Below are positions 7,123-14,990 of a stretch of 14,990 nt of DNA, piece by piece. This DNA comes from an uncultured bacterium (GTDB taxonomy: Bacteria > Abyssobacteria > SURF-5). Numbering within the stretch: position 1 is the stretch's first letter; each line of letters opens with the position of its first letter. The notes beneath the pieces were generated by a model, which was not told the origin of the DNA, ran no database searches, and saw nothing but the letters and a program-made list of their open reading frames with translations. The position numbers and the translations under genes are program-made. The DNA lies in NCBI GenBank assembly GCA_964510165.1, contig CAZEBC010000021.1:21035-36024 (forward strand), written 5' to 3'.

Positions 7123-7805
7123 ACTCGCATGACGACCAGATAAGACGGCTCGTCACGTTCCCGGTTTCCCTCAATCTTGAGAGAGTGCCCTGCCTCGTGG
7201 TCGGCGGCGGCTCCGTCGCCCTCCGTAAGATCGAGGCGCTCATTGCGTCCGGCGCGAAGATTACCGTGGTCAGCCCGCAGGTGGCCCCGGAGATCGAGGC
7301 GCTCGAGGAAGTGGAGATTGTCAGGCGCGAGTTTCGGCCAAAAGATTTGAACGGCAAGTTCCTCGTCATCAGCGCGACCGACGACCGGTCCGTCAACGAG
7401 GCTGTCGCCAAAGAGGCCAAACAGCGACAGTTACTGGTGAACGTCGTGGATGTGCCGGAACTTTGCACCTTCTTCGTCAACTCGCAGGTGCGCCGGGGAG
7501 ACCTCGCCATAACCGTCTCGACCGGAGGTGCGAGTCCCGCGCTCGCAAAAAGGATTCGTAAGGAGCTCGAGCGCGCCTATGGCGAGGAATACGCCGGCTA
7601 CTTGCAGCTTATGCGCGAGTACCGGCCGATGGTGATCAGGGAGGTCGCCGACCCCGAACGACGGCGCGCGGTCTTCGAGCGGCTCGCCGCTCCCCGGTTG
7701 GTCCGGATATATGAGGAAGAAGGAGAGGCCGCCGCCCGGAAGGCGATAGAGAATATCATTAACCAGGGCGCCTACGCGTCGGAGACAGCAGAGCGGGAGG
7801 TCTGA
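7119..7805 (+). CDS. sirC: Precorrin-2 dehydrogenase / sirohydrochlorin ferrochelatase (SirC/Met8p/CysG N-terminal type)
   Basis: FPVSLNL, VVGGGSVALRK NAD-binding motif, ATDD..VN, VNVVDVPELCTF, VSTGGASPALAKRIR; ATGA overlap with the upstream gene. Whether it also chelates iron cannot be told from sequence. Confidence 0.92.
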   Translation: MNSHDDQIRRLVTFPVSLNLERVPCLVVGGGSVALRKIEALIASGAKITVVSPQVAPEIEALEEVEIVRREFRPKDLNGKFLVISATDDRSVNEAVAKEAKQRQLLVNVVDVPELCTFFVNSQVRRGDLAITVSTGGASPALAKRIRKELERAYGEEYAGYLQLMREYRPMVIREVADPERRRAVFERLAAPRLVRIYEEEGEAAARKAIENIINQGAYASETAEREV

Positions 7806-7822
7806 ACATTTACACGTTACAG

Positions 7823-8644
7823 ATGGCAAGCTTCTATCTGGCCATGATGTGCATGCTGGGCGGCGCGACGCTCGCAGTCGGTCACCTTTATCAGCCCGCC
7901 AGGTTTAAACCCGCCTACGCGAACACGGTCACGGTCACCGGATTCATTCTCCTGACCGCATTCTTCCTCCTGAGATGGAGAGCGGTAGACTTCCTGCCGG
8001 TCTCCACCATGTTCGAGTCTCTCTCGTTCTTCATTTGGGCCGTGGCCCTCACGTATCTCGTCGTGGAATACTTCTTCAATCTGCCGACGCTGTCATCATT
8101 CATATTGCCTTTCATGACTGTATTCGCGATTGCAGCCATGCTGATTGCGCGCGCGCCGGGTGTCATGGATGAGAAGCTGAGAAGCGGCTGGTTCTATCTG
8201 CACGTCGTATTCGCGTTCATCGGCTATGCGACGTTCGCCGTCGCCTTCGCCGCCTCGGTCATGTACCTGTTGCAGCGAAGAGAGCTGAAATCAAAGAAAT
8301 CCTTCAACTCGCTGTTCCATCGCCTGCCGTCCCTTGAGGTTCTCGACACCCTCAACCAGAAGCTTATCAAGATGGGATGGCCCCTGTTTACGGTTGCGAT
8401 ATTCGTCGGCATCTACTGGGCCCATGAATCCAGGATACTCGGGCCCAATTGGCCGAATGACCCCAAGATAGTGTTTACAGGGCTGACGTGGCTGCTCTAT
8501 ACCGCCCTGTTCCATATCAGGCTCTTCGGGATGACCCGGGGAAAGAGGGTTGCGCAACTCACCATCATCGCCTTCGCGTTCGTTGTCTTCACGTTCCTCG
8601 GCACGAGGTACCTCGCCAGTGGACCGCACGAATTCCTGAAGTGA
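7823..8644 (+). CDS. ccsA: CcsA/HemX-family heme-handling membrane protein (cytochrome c assembly family)
   Basis: About 8 hydrophobic segments, LP...FESL, WFYLHV, RLPSLEVLD, degenerate WWD region (W...WPNDPK...WLLY), C-terminal His; directly upstream of hemA. Exact start uncertain. Confidence 0.85.
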   Translation: MASFYLAMMCMLGGATLAVGHLYQPARFKPAYANTVTVTGFILLTAFFLLRWRAVDFLPVSTMFESLSFFIWAVALTYLVVEYFFNLPTLSSFILPFMTVFAIAAMLIARAPGVMDEKLRSGWFYLHVVFAFIGYATFAVAFAASVMYLLQRRELKSKKSFNSLFHRLPSLEVLDTLNQKLIKMGWPLFTVAIFVGIYWAHESRILGPNWPNDPKIVFTGLTWLLYTALFHIRLFGMTRGKRVAQLTIIAFAFVVFTFLGTRYLASGPHEFLK

Positions 8645-8668
8645 GGGAGGTTTGAGCCCGGACTCGTC

Positions 8669-9928
8669 ATGAACATCCTCGTCGTTGGATTAAATCACAA
8701 GACCGCTCCGGTAGAAGTGCGCGAGAAACTCGCCTTTAACGATCAGGCCGTGTCTCGCGCGCTCATCGAGATGAGAAACCGGATGCCCGGCGATGAGACG
8801 GTCATCCTCTCCACCTGCAACCGCGTCGAGATTTACGCCACCGCCGCCGATCCCGAGAAGGCCCTCGCAGACATAGTCAGGTTTCTCGCGGATTTCCACC
8901 AAATCCCGGCCGACTCGTTCGCGTCTCACCTGTATCGGCTCGTTGACCGTGACGCAGTGCGTCATCTCTACACCGTGGCGTGCAGCCTCGACTCGATGGT
9001 GATGGGCGAGGCCGAAGTGCTCGGACAGGTGAAGAAGGCCTACATGCTTGCCGCCGAAGAGGGGATGACCGGAAAGGTGCTGAACAGCCTGTTCCAGCGG
9101 GCCTTCGGCGTCGCCAAGAACGTGCGCACCTCCAGTTCCATCGGCGAACGAAAGGTATCCGTCGCGTCCGTCGCCGTCGAGTTCGCCGAGAAAATCTTCA
9201 GCGACTTCTCCGATAAGACCGTCATGATAATCGGGGCTGGCGAGATGGGCGAACTCACGCTCAAGCACCTCATCGAGCGGGGCATCACCGCCGTCATCGT
9301 CGCCAACCGCACGTACCAGAAGGCGGTCGAACTCGCCGAACAGTACGACGGCATGGCCATCAAGTACGAGGCGTTCACCGACGCCATGCATCAGGCCGAC
9401 ATAGTCATCAGCACCTCCGGCGCGCCCCATTACATCATTCATGCCAAGCAGTTGCCGCCCGTGATGCGCGCGCGGCGTAACCGGCCGATACTCCTTATTG
9501 ACATCGCCGTCCCGCGCGACATACATCCGGACGTCGAAAACGTCGAGAACGTGTATCTCTATAACATAGACGACCTCGAAAAGGTCGTCAACGAGAACCT
9601 CGCCTTCAGAGAGAAAGAACTCGAATACTGCTCCGCGATCATCGAAGAGGAAACTGACAAGTTCATCGCGTGGCTCGGCACGCTCGAAGTGGACCAGATC
9701 GTGGTCGAGTTCCGCGAAGCGCTCCACGGGATTCGCCGCGCCGAACTCGACCGACTTTTCCACAAGCTCCCGAACCTCAACGGCAAGGAGAAAGAGGAAG
9801 TCGAGTACCTGACGGAGCGTATCGTCAATAAGATATTAAATGAGCCTACGCAGGTCCTCAAAGCCGAAGCGGCTCACGGGAGCGGCAAATACGCCGAAGC
9901 CCTGAAGCACCTGTTCGGACTCAAGTAA
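8669..9928 (+). CDS. hemA: Glutamyl-tRNA reductase
   Basis: GLNHKTAPVEVREK, LSTCNRVEIY, SLDSMVMGE..VLGQVK, IGAGEMG, ANRT, IDIAVPRDI, LYNIDDL. Confidence 0.98.
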   Translation: MNILVVGLNHKTAPVEVREKLAFNDQAVSRALIEMRNRMPGDETVILSTCNRVEIYATAADPEKALADIVRFLADFHQIPADSFASHLYRLVDRDAVRHLYTVACSLDSMVMGEAEVLGQVKKAYMLAAEEGMTGKVLNSLFQRAFGVAKNVRTSSSIGERKVSVASVAVEFAEKIFSDFSDKTVMIIGAGEMGELTLKHLIERGITAVIVANRTYQKAVELAEQYDGMAIKYEAFTDAMHQADIVISTSGAPHYIIHAKQLPPVMRARRNRPILLIDIAVPRDIHPDVENVENVYLYNIDDLEKVVNENLAFREKELEYCSAIIEEETDKFIAWLGTLEVDQIVVEFREALHGIRRAELDRLFHKLPNLNGKEKEEVEYLTERIVNKILNEPTQVLKAEAAHGSGKYAEALKHLFGLK

Positions 9929-9943
9929 TAGGCTGGAACACCG

Positions 9944-10909
9944 ATGCCCAAAATTGAAGAAAAAACTCTCATCATTATCGGCTCGCGCGCCAGCAAACTC
10001 GCGATGACACAGGCCGAATGGGTCAGGGACCGGATCAAGCTCCATTGGCCCAACCTCGATTTCCACATCAAGAAGATTTCCACCAGCGGCGACAAGATCA
10101 CCGATGTCCCGCTCTCGCGCGCCGGCGGAAAAGGTCTCTTCACAAAGGAGATCGAAAACGAACTCCTCGCCGATGACATAGACCTCGCCGTGCACAGCAT
10201 GAAGGACCTGCCCACCGATTTGCCGAACGGCCTCAAGATCGGCGGAGTCCCGCCTCGTGAGGACGCCCGCGACGCGCTGGTCGCCCGCGACAAGGCAAGG
10301 TTTGCGGAACTGCCGGCGGGCGCCGTCATCGGCACATGCAGCCTCAGGCGAAGGGCGCAGATTCTCGCTGCGAGGCCTGACCTCCAAGTGGCCGACCTGC
10401 GCGGCAACCTCGACACCCGTCTCCGCAAGATCGAGGAAGGCAAGTACGATGCGGTCATGCTCGCGTGCGCGGGCATATTCAGGCTTGGCCGCCCCGAGGT
10501 CATCTCGGAACCGATGGACTTCAGCGTTATAATACCCGCCGTCGGTCAGGGGGCTCTCTGCATCGAGGTCCGCGAGGACAACCGGTTCGTCGAGGAGGTC
10601 ATCCGCCCGCTCAACGACCTCAACACCGAGCGCGCCATTCGGGCCGAGCGCGCGCTCATGAAAACGCTCGAAGGCGGCTGTCAGGTGCCGGTCGGCGGCC
10701 ACGCGAGGATGGAGAACGGAGCGCTCGTTCTCCGCGGCATCGTCGCCTCGCTTGATGGCAACAAACTCATTCGCGCCGAGGACAAGGGCGACCCAGGCAA
10801 ACCCGAGGAACTCGGCCTGCGCGTCGCCCAAAAGCTCGTCATGATGGGCGCAAAGGAAATTCTCGACGAAATCAGGGGATACGAGGAATGTCCACCCACA
10901 GGAAATTAG
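9944..10909 (+). CDS. hemC: Hydroxymethylbilane synthase (porphobilinogen deaminase)
   Basis: GSRASKLAMTQ, GGKGLFTKEIE, DLAVHSMKDLP, SLRRRAQ, LRGNLDTRLRK, PAVGQGAL, LEGGCQVP (cofactor Cys). Confidence 0.98.
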   Translation: MPKIEEKTLIIIGSRASKLAMTQAEWVRDRIKLHWPNLDFHIKKISTSGDKITDVPLSRAGGKGLFTKEIENELLADDIDLAVHSMKDLPTDLPNGLKIGGVPPREDARDALVARDKARFAELPAGAVIGTCSLRRRAQILAARPDLQVADLRGNLDTRLRKIEEGKYDAVMLACAGIFRLGRPEVISEPMDFSVIIPAVGQGALCIEVREDNRFVEEVIRPLNDLNTERAIRAERALMKTLEGGCQVPVGGHARMENGALVLRGIVASLDGNKLIRAEDKGDPGKPEELGLRVAQKLVMMGAKEILDEIRGYEECPPTGN

Positions 10910-12414
10910 TGTATCTGGTTGGCGCCGGTCCGGGCGACCCAGGCCTCATCAGCGTCAAGGGCGTCGAATGCCTCAGGAAGGCCGACGTCGTCATTTACGA
11001 TTATCTCTCCGATGTCCGCCTGCTTGCTCACTGCAAGCCCGACGCCGAGAAGATATACGTCGGCAAGAAGGGCGCCCAGCACACCCTCGAACAGGAGGAC
11101 ATCAACAAGCTTATCGTTGACAAGGCGAACGCCGGAAACGTAGTCGCGCGCCTGAAGGGCGGCGACCCATTCGTGTTCGGGCGCGGCGGCGAGGAGGCGC
11201 TCGCGCTCGCCGACGCCGGAATCCCCTTCGAGATCGTGCCCGGCATCACCGCCGCAGTCGCCGCCCCCGCGTATGCGGGCATACCGGTCACGCATCGCGA
11301 CATGACCTCCACCTTCGCGCTTGTGACCGGCCACGAGGACCCCAAGAAGGAAGAGAGCGCCATTGACTGGGCGAAACTCGCTGCCATCGGAACCATCGCG
11401 TTTTACATGGGCGTCAAGAACCTGCCGCGCATCGCCCGGAAGCTTGTCGAGAGCGGTCGCAGTCCCGACACGCCCGTCGCGGTCATCCGCTGGGGCACCA
11501 AGACGAGCCAGCGAACCGTCATTGGCACGCTGGCCGACATCGCCCGAAAGGTCGAAGAGGCCGGACTGAAAGCCCCGGCCATAACGCTCGTCGGCGAAGT
11601 AGTCAAGCTCAGGGAACGGCTCAACTGGTTCGAGTCGCGCCCACTGTTCGGAAGAAAGATAGTGGTTACGCGCTCGCGCGCGCAATCGAGCGAGTTCCTT
11701 GAACAGCTTGAGGCGCTCGGCGCAGAGGCCGTCAAGATGCCCACGATCAAGATCGCAGACCCCAAGGATTTCACGCCGCTCGACAACGCCATAGACGCTA
11801 TTGAATCGTTCGACTGGCTTGTTCTGACGAGCGTCAACGCGGTCGGCAGATTCATCGACAGGCTTCTCGAACGCGGCCGCGATATCCGCGACCTGAAGGG
11901 CATCAGGATATGCGCCATCGGCCCCGCGACCGCCGAAGCCGTGCGCGCATATCGCCTGCGCGTTGACCTCGTGCCGCCCAAATACGTGGCCGAATCCGTC
12001 GTCGAAGAACTCCAAAAGGTGGGAGCGATCAGGGGAAAGCGGTTCCTCCTGCCGAGAGCCGACATCGCCCGCAGCCTGCTGCCTGACGAAATCCATCGGC
12101 TCGGAGGCGAAGCCGTCGAGGTCGATGTCTATCGCACCGTCCTCGAGGAAGAGGCCGACAGCGAGGTGGTCGAGCGCCTGCTCGAGGGCGACATCGACCT
12201 GGTCACGTTCACGAGTTCGTCAACCGTCCGCAACTTCGCCCAACTGCTTGGAAGTGACCGGCTCGAAAAGGTCAAATCCGCCACAAAATTCGCCAGCATC
12301 GGCCCCATCACCACGCAGACCGCCGCCGAGCTTGGCATCCCCATCCACATCGAGGCCGACCAGCATGACATCCCCGGTCTCATCTCCGCCATCCGCCGCC
12401 TCTTCTGCGCTTGA
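10888..12414 (+). CDS. cobA: Fused uroporphyrinogen-III C-methyltransferase / uroporphyrinogen-III synthase (CobA-HemD)
   Basis: N-terminal VYLVGAGPGDPGLI, RLKGGDPFVFGRGGEE, VPGIT, YAGIPVTHR; C-terminal HemD part PLFGRKIVVTR, LTSVNAV, AIGPATA, FTSSSTV, SIGPIT. Overlaps hemC by 22 nt. Confidence 0.97.
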   Translation: MSTHRKLVYLVGAGPGDPGLISVKGVECLRKADVVIYDYLSDVRLLAHCKPDAEKIYVGKKGAQHTLEQEDINKLIVDKANAGNVVARLKGGDPFVFGRGGEEALALADAGIPFEIVPGITAAVAAPAYAGIPVTHRDMTSTFALVTGHEDPKKEESAIDWAKLAAIGTIAFYMGVKNLPRIARKLVESGRSPDTPVAVIRWGTKTSQRTVIGTLADIARKVEEAGLKAPAITLVGEVVKLRERLNWFESRPLFGRKIVVTRSRAQSSEFLEQLEALGAEAVKMPTIKIADPKDFTPLDNAIDAIESFDWLVLTSVNAVGRFIDRLLERGRDIRDLKGIRICAIGPATAEAVRAYRLRVDLVPPKYVAESVVEELQKVGAIRGKRFLLPRADIARSLLPDEIHRLGGEAVEVDVYRTVLEEEADSEVVERLLEGDIDLVTFTSSSTVRNFAQLLGSDRLEKVKSATKFASIGPITTQTAAELGIPIHIEADQHDIPGLISAIRRLFCA

Positions 12415-12442
12415 GTGACGTGCGGAAGATAAAGCAATTTTC

Positions 12443-12502
12443 AACCGCAAAGGCGCAAAGAATACAAAGAAAGAACTTTGCGCTCTTTGCGCCTTTGCGG
12501 TT
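12443..12502. repeat. Long inverted repeat built from CGCAAAG units; probable terminator between convergent operons
   Basis: AACCGCAAAGGCGCAAAGA (12443-12461) is the exact reverse complement of TCTTTGCGCCTTTGCGGTT (12484-12502); inner CAAAG/CTTTG stem; TTTTAT at the 3' end on the + strand. Confidence 0.85.
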
Positions 12503-12516
12503 TTATCGGACTTTTC

Positions 12517-13233
12517 CTATCGCCCAAACAACCGCCGCTTGATTGCCTTCCGCTTCAAATCCGCGATGCAGCCGGTGGGGTCAAGGTCCTTCGGACAGAC
12601 TTCCTGGCAGGAGAAAATGGTGTGGCAGCGCCAAATGCCGTGGAGTTGGTCAACCAGCCTCAACCGTTCATCAAGCGCGTTATCGCGCGAATCCCTCGCG
12701 AAGCGGTCGGCCCACAGAAGCGCCGCCGGCCCGAGATATTCGGGGTCAGTCGCCGTGACGGTGCAGGAGGCGTGGCAGCACGCGCACAGGATGCAGTCAA
12801 CCGACGGCAAGACCTTCTTTTGGTCGCCCTCCGACTGCGGCCTTTCGCGCTCCGGCGGCGGGCTGCCGGGCATGAGATAGGGCTTGATATATTTGTATTT
12901 CGCGAAGAACGGCTCCATATTGACCACGAGGTCGCGCAACACCTGCATGTGCCCAAGCGGCTGGACGGTCACCGTGTCAGTCTCAAGGCCCGATATCTGC
13001 GTCTCGCATGCGAGCCGATATTTGCCGTTGATGTGCATCGCGCACGAGCCGCACACGCCCTCGCGGCATGACGCGCGGAACGCGAGCGAGCCGTCGAGCT
13101 TTTCCTGTATATAATAGAGCGATTCGAGAACGGTCTGTCCCTTCTTGAAGGGCGGAACCGTGAATTCATCGAAGTGCGGTGCCGCGTCGGTCTGCGCATC
13201 AAACCTGAACACCTTAAAGTTCAAGTCGGCCAT
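12517..13233 (-). CDS. sdhB: Succinate dehydrogenase / fumarate reductase iron-sulfur subunit
   Basis: SCREGVCGSC...RLAC (2Fe-2S), CILCACCHASC, YLGPAAL, WRCHTIFSCQEVCPK; downstream of the flavoprotein gene. Sdh versus Frd direction not determinable. Confidence 0.96.
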   Translation of the reverse strand: MADLNFKVFRFDAQTDAAPHFDEFTVPPFKKGQTVLESLYYIQEKLDGSLAFRASCREGVCGSCAMHINGKYRLACETQISGLETDTVTVQPLGHMQVLRDLVVNMEPFFAKYKYIKPYLMPGSPPPERERPQSEGDQKKVLPSVDCILCACCHASCTVTATDPEYLGPAALLWADRFARDSRDNALDERLRLVDQLHGIWRCHTIFSCQEVCPKDLDPTGCIADLKRKAIKRRLFGR

Positions 13234-13264
13234 CCCTTTTCGCCTTTTCCCCTCTTCCCCTTAC

Positions 13265-14989
13265 TCAGTACGTTCTCGCTCTTGGTTCCCAGTAGCCGAG
13301 CGCCACATCGCGATAGCTCAATTTCGGGCCGTCGGGCGTATAGTGCGCCAGCGTGTGTTTGAGGAACCTGTCATCATCGCGCTTCGGGAAATCGCGGCGG
13401 AACTGCGAGCCCCGGCTCTCCTCCCGCGCAAGCGCGCCTTCTACGACCGCCTGCGCAACGTCCAGGCTGCCGCCAAGCTCAATGGTCCATCCCAGGTCAT
13501 AGTTGAATCTGCGGCCAGTATGCTTGAGCTTGATCCTCTTGTAGCGCTCTCTCAACTCGGGCAGTTTCTTCGACGCTTCGGTCAGGCTTTCCTTTGTTCG
13601 GAATATGCCGACCTTGTCGCGCATCGTGGTCTGCATCTCTTCCTTGATGACGGAATAATCCTCGTTGCCCTGCGAACTCAGGAGTTTCTTAAGGCTTTCC
13701 TGGTCGCGCGCGAGCGCATCCTCAAGCGCCTTGTCGCCCGCGCCCACGTCGCCCTTGCCCCCAATATACGCACAGGCGTGTTCGCCCGTGATCTTGCCGA
13801 ATACGATGGTGTCGAGCAACGAGTTGCCGCCGAGCCGGTTTGCGCCGTGCACGCTGACGCACGCGGCCTCGCCCGCCGCATAGAACCCCTTCACGGCATG
13901 CGCGGCGCCGTCCGAATTGACATCGATGCCGCCCATCGTGTAGTGCTGGCCGGGCTGGACGGGGATCGGCTCGCTGGCGGGATCGATCCCGAGAAAATTC
14001 AGGCAGATGTGCCGAATGCCGGGAAGCCTTGTCGCGATCTTCTCCTCGCCCAGGTGTCTGAGGTCGAGCAGCAGATAGGCATTCTCGAATCCGCGCCCCT
14101 CAAGAATCTCCGTGGTCATGTTTCGCGCCACGATATCGCGCGGTGCCACCTCCATCTGCTTCTTGCTGTCGGCGTAATTGGCGAGGAACCGCTCTCCCTT
14201 GCTGTTGAGGAGATAGCCGCCTTCTCCGCGCGCGCCCTCCGTTATCAAGATGTTCGAGCCGTAGAGCGTGGTCGGATGAAACTGCACGAATTCCATGTCC
14301 TTCAGCGCGATGCCCGCCCGATACGGCACGGCCATACCCATGCCGGTATTGATGAGCGCGTTCGTCGAGTTGGGATACAGCCGCCCCGCTCCGCCCGTGC
14401 CGAATATGACCGCGTCGCCCTTGAACGCCTCCAACTCGCCTGTCGCCATGTCGAGTGCGATCACGCCCCGGCACACGCCGTCCTCGACCACGAGCGAAGT
14501 CACGAGCCACTCGTTGTAAATCTTAAGTTCACCGCGCTCCGCCGCCTGTTCATACTTGACGATCTGCTCATACAAGGTGTGAAGCAGCATGTGGCCGGTC
14601 TTGTCCGCCGCGAAACACGTGCGCGGGAAGCCGGCCCCGCCGAACGGCCGCTGCGCGATCTTGCCGTCGGGAGTCCGGCTGAATGGCGTGCCCCAATGCT
14701 CCATCTCAAAGATGCGCTCCGAGGCGTCCTTTATCATTCGCACGACCGCGTCCTGGTCCGCAAGGTAGTCGCTGCCCTTGACCGTATCGAAGGCGTGCCG
14801 CTCCCACGAGTCGTGCCCGCCACGCGGATGATTGCCGAGCGGCGCATTGATGCCACCCTGCGCTGCGATGGAATGCGAACGGATGGGATACACCTTCGAG
14901 AGGATGGCCGCGCGCATGTTGTGCATGTTGACCTCGAGCGCCGCCCGAAGCCCTGCCAACCCGCCGCCGACCACAATGACATCGTGATA
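13265..14989 (-). CDS. sdhA: Succinate dehydrogenase / fumarate reductase flavoprotein subunit, 5'-truncated by the window edge
   Basis: Frame open to the edge (YHDVIVVGGGLAG); RSHSIAAQGG (covalent-FAD His), QRPFGG, QFHPT, EGARGEGG, APRD, HYTMGG, HGANRLGGNSL, REESRG. Confidence 0.97.
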   Translation of the reverse strand, partial: YHDVIVVGGGLAGLRAALEVNMHNMRAAILSKVYPIRSHSIAAQGGINAPLGNHPRGGHDSWERHAFDTVKGSDYLADQDAVVRMIKDASERIFEMEHWGTPFSRTPDGKIAQRPFGGAGFPRTCFAADKTGHMLLHTLYEQIVKYEQAAERGELKIYNEWLVTSLVVEDGVCRGVIALDMATGELEAFKGDAVIFGTGGAGRLYPNSTNALINTGMGMAVPYRAGIALKDMEFVQFHPTTLYGSNILITEGARGEGGYLLNSKGERFLANYADSKKQMEVAPRDIVARNMTTEILEGRGFENAYLLLDLRHLGEEKIATRLPGIRHICLNFLGIDPASEPIPVQPGQHYTMGGIDVNSDGAAHAVKGFYAAGEAACVSVHGANRLGGNSLLDTIVFGKITGEHACAYIGGKGDVGAGDKALEDALARDQESLKKLLSSQGNEDYSVIKEEMQTTMRDKVGIFRTKESLTEASKKLPELRERYKRIKLKHTGRRFNYDLGWTIELGGSLDVAQAVVEGALAREESRGSQFRRDFPKRDDDRFLKHTLAHYTPDGPKLSYRDVALGYWEPRARTY

Positions 14990-14990
14990 T

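Noticed and set aside
9008..9016. HemA substrate motif reads E-A-E rather than E-x-Q
   Set aside because: As I recall, E-x-E also occurs in active enzymes such as Methanopyrus kandleri GluTR; all other catalytic motifs are intact.
8690..12096. Long antisense ORFs (357, 331, 396, 220, 209 aa) opposite hemA, hemC and cobA-hemD
   Set aside because: Shadow ORFs expected from GC-rich codon bias; no recognisable motifs and fully overlapping conserved genes.
12443..12502. CRISPR repeat or IS end
   Set aside because: Single palindrome with no repeat-spacer array, cas gene or transposase in the window.
12478..13071. 197-aa + strand ORF beginning in the palindrome
   Set aside because: Antisense to sdhB, starts at a TTG inside the repeat, no SD or recognisable domain.

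Overview
GC-rich bacterial chromosomal segment of energy and cofactor genes, probably from an anaerobe, organised as three apparent transcription units. (1) On the + strand, the distal part of an rnf operon in the order rnfC(partial)-D-G-E-A-B, with a long polyferredoxin-type RnfB, followed 24 bp later by a stand-alone soluble Hanks-type Ser/Thr kinase. (2) After a good sigma70-like promoter and a structured ~100-nt leader, a membrane-anchored TPR-LysM-YkuD L,D-transpeptidase that overlaps (ATGA) the first gene of a tetrapyrrole cluster: sirC/met8-like, ccsA/hemX-like, hemA, hemC, cobA-hemD fusion. (3) On the - strand and convergent, succinate dehydrogenase/fumarate reductase flavoprotein (5'-truncated) and Fe-S subunits, separated from the hem genes by a 19-bp perfect inverted repeat. 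No mobile element, CRISPR array, rRNA or tRNA gene was seen. All proteins belong to known families, so any novelty lies in the gene associations (rnf + kinase; L,D-transpeptidase heading a hem operon) and in several non-coding structures; these are hypotheses, not demonstrated systems.
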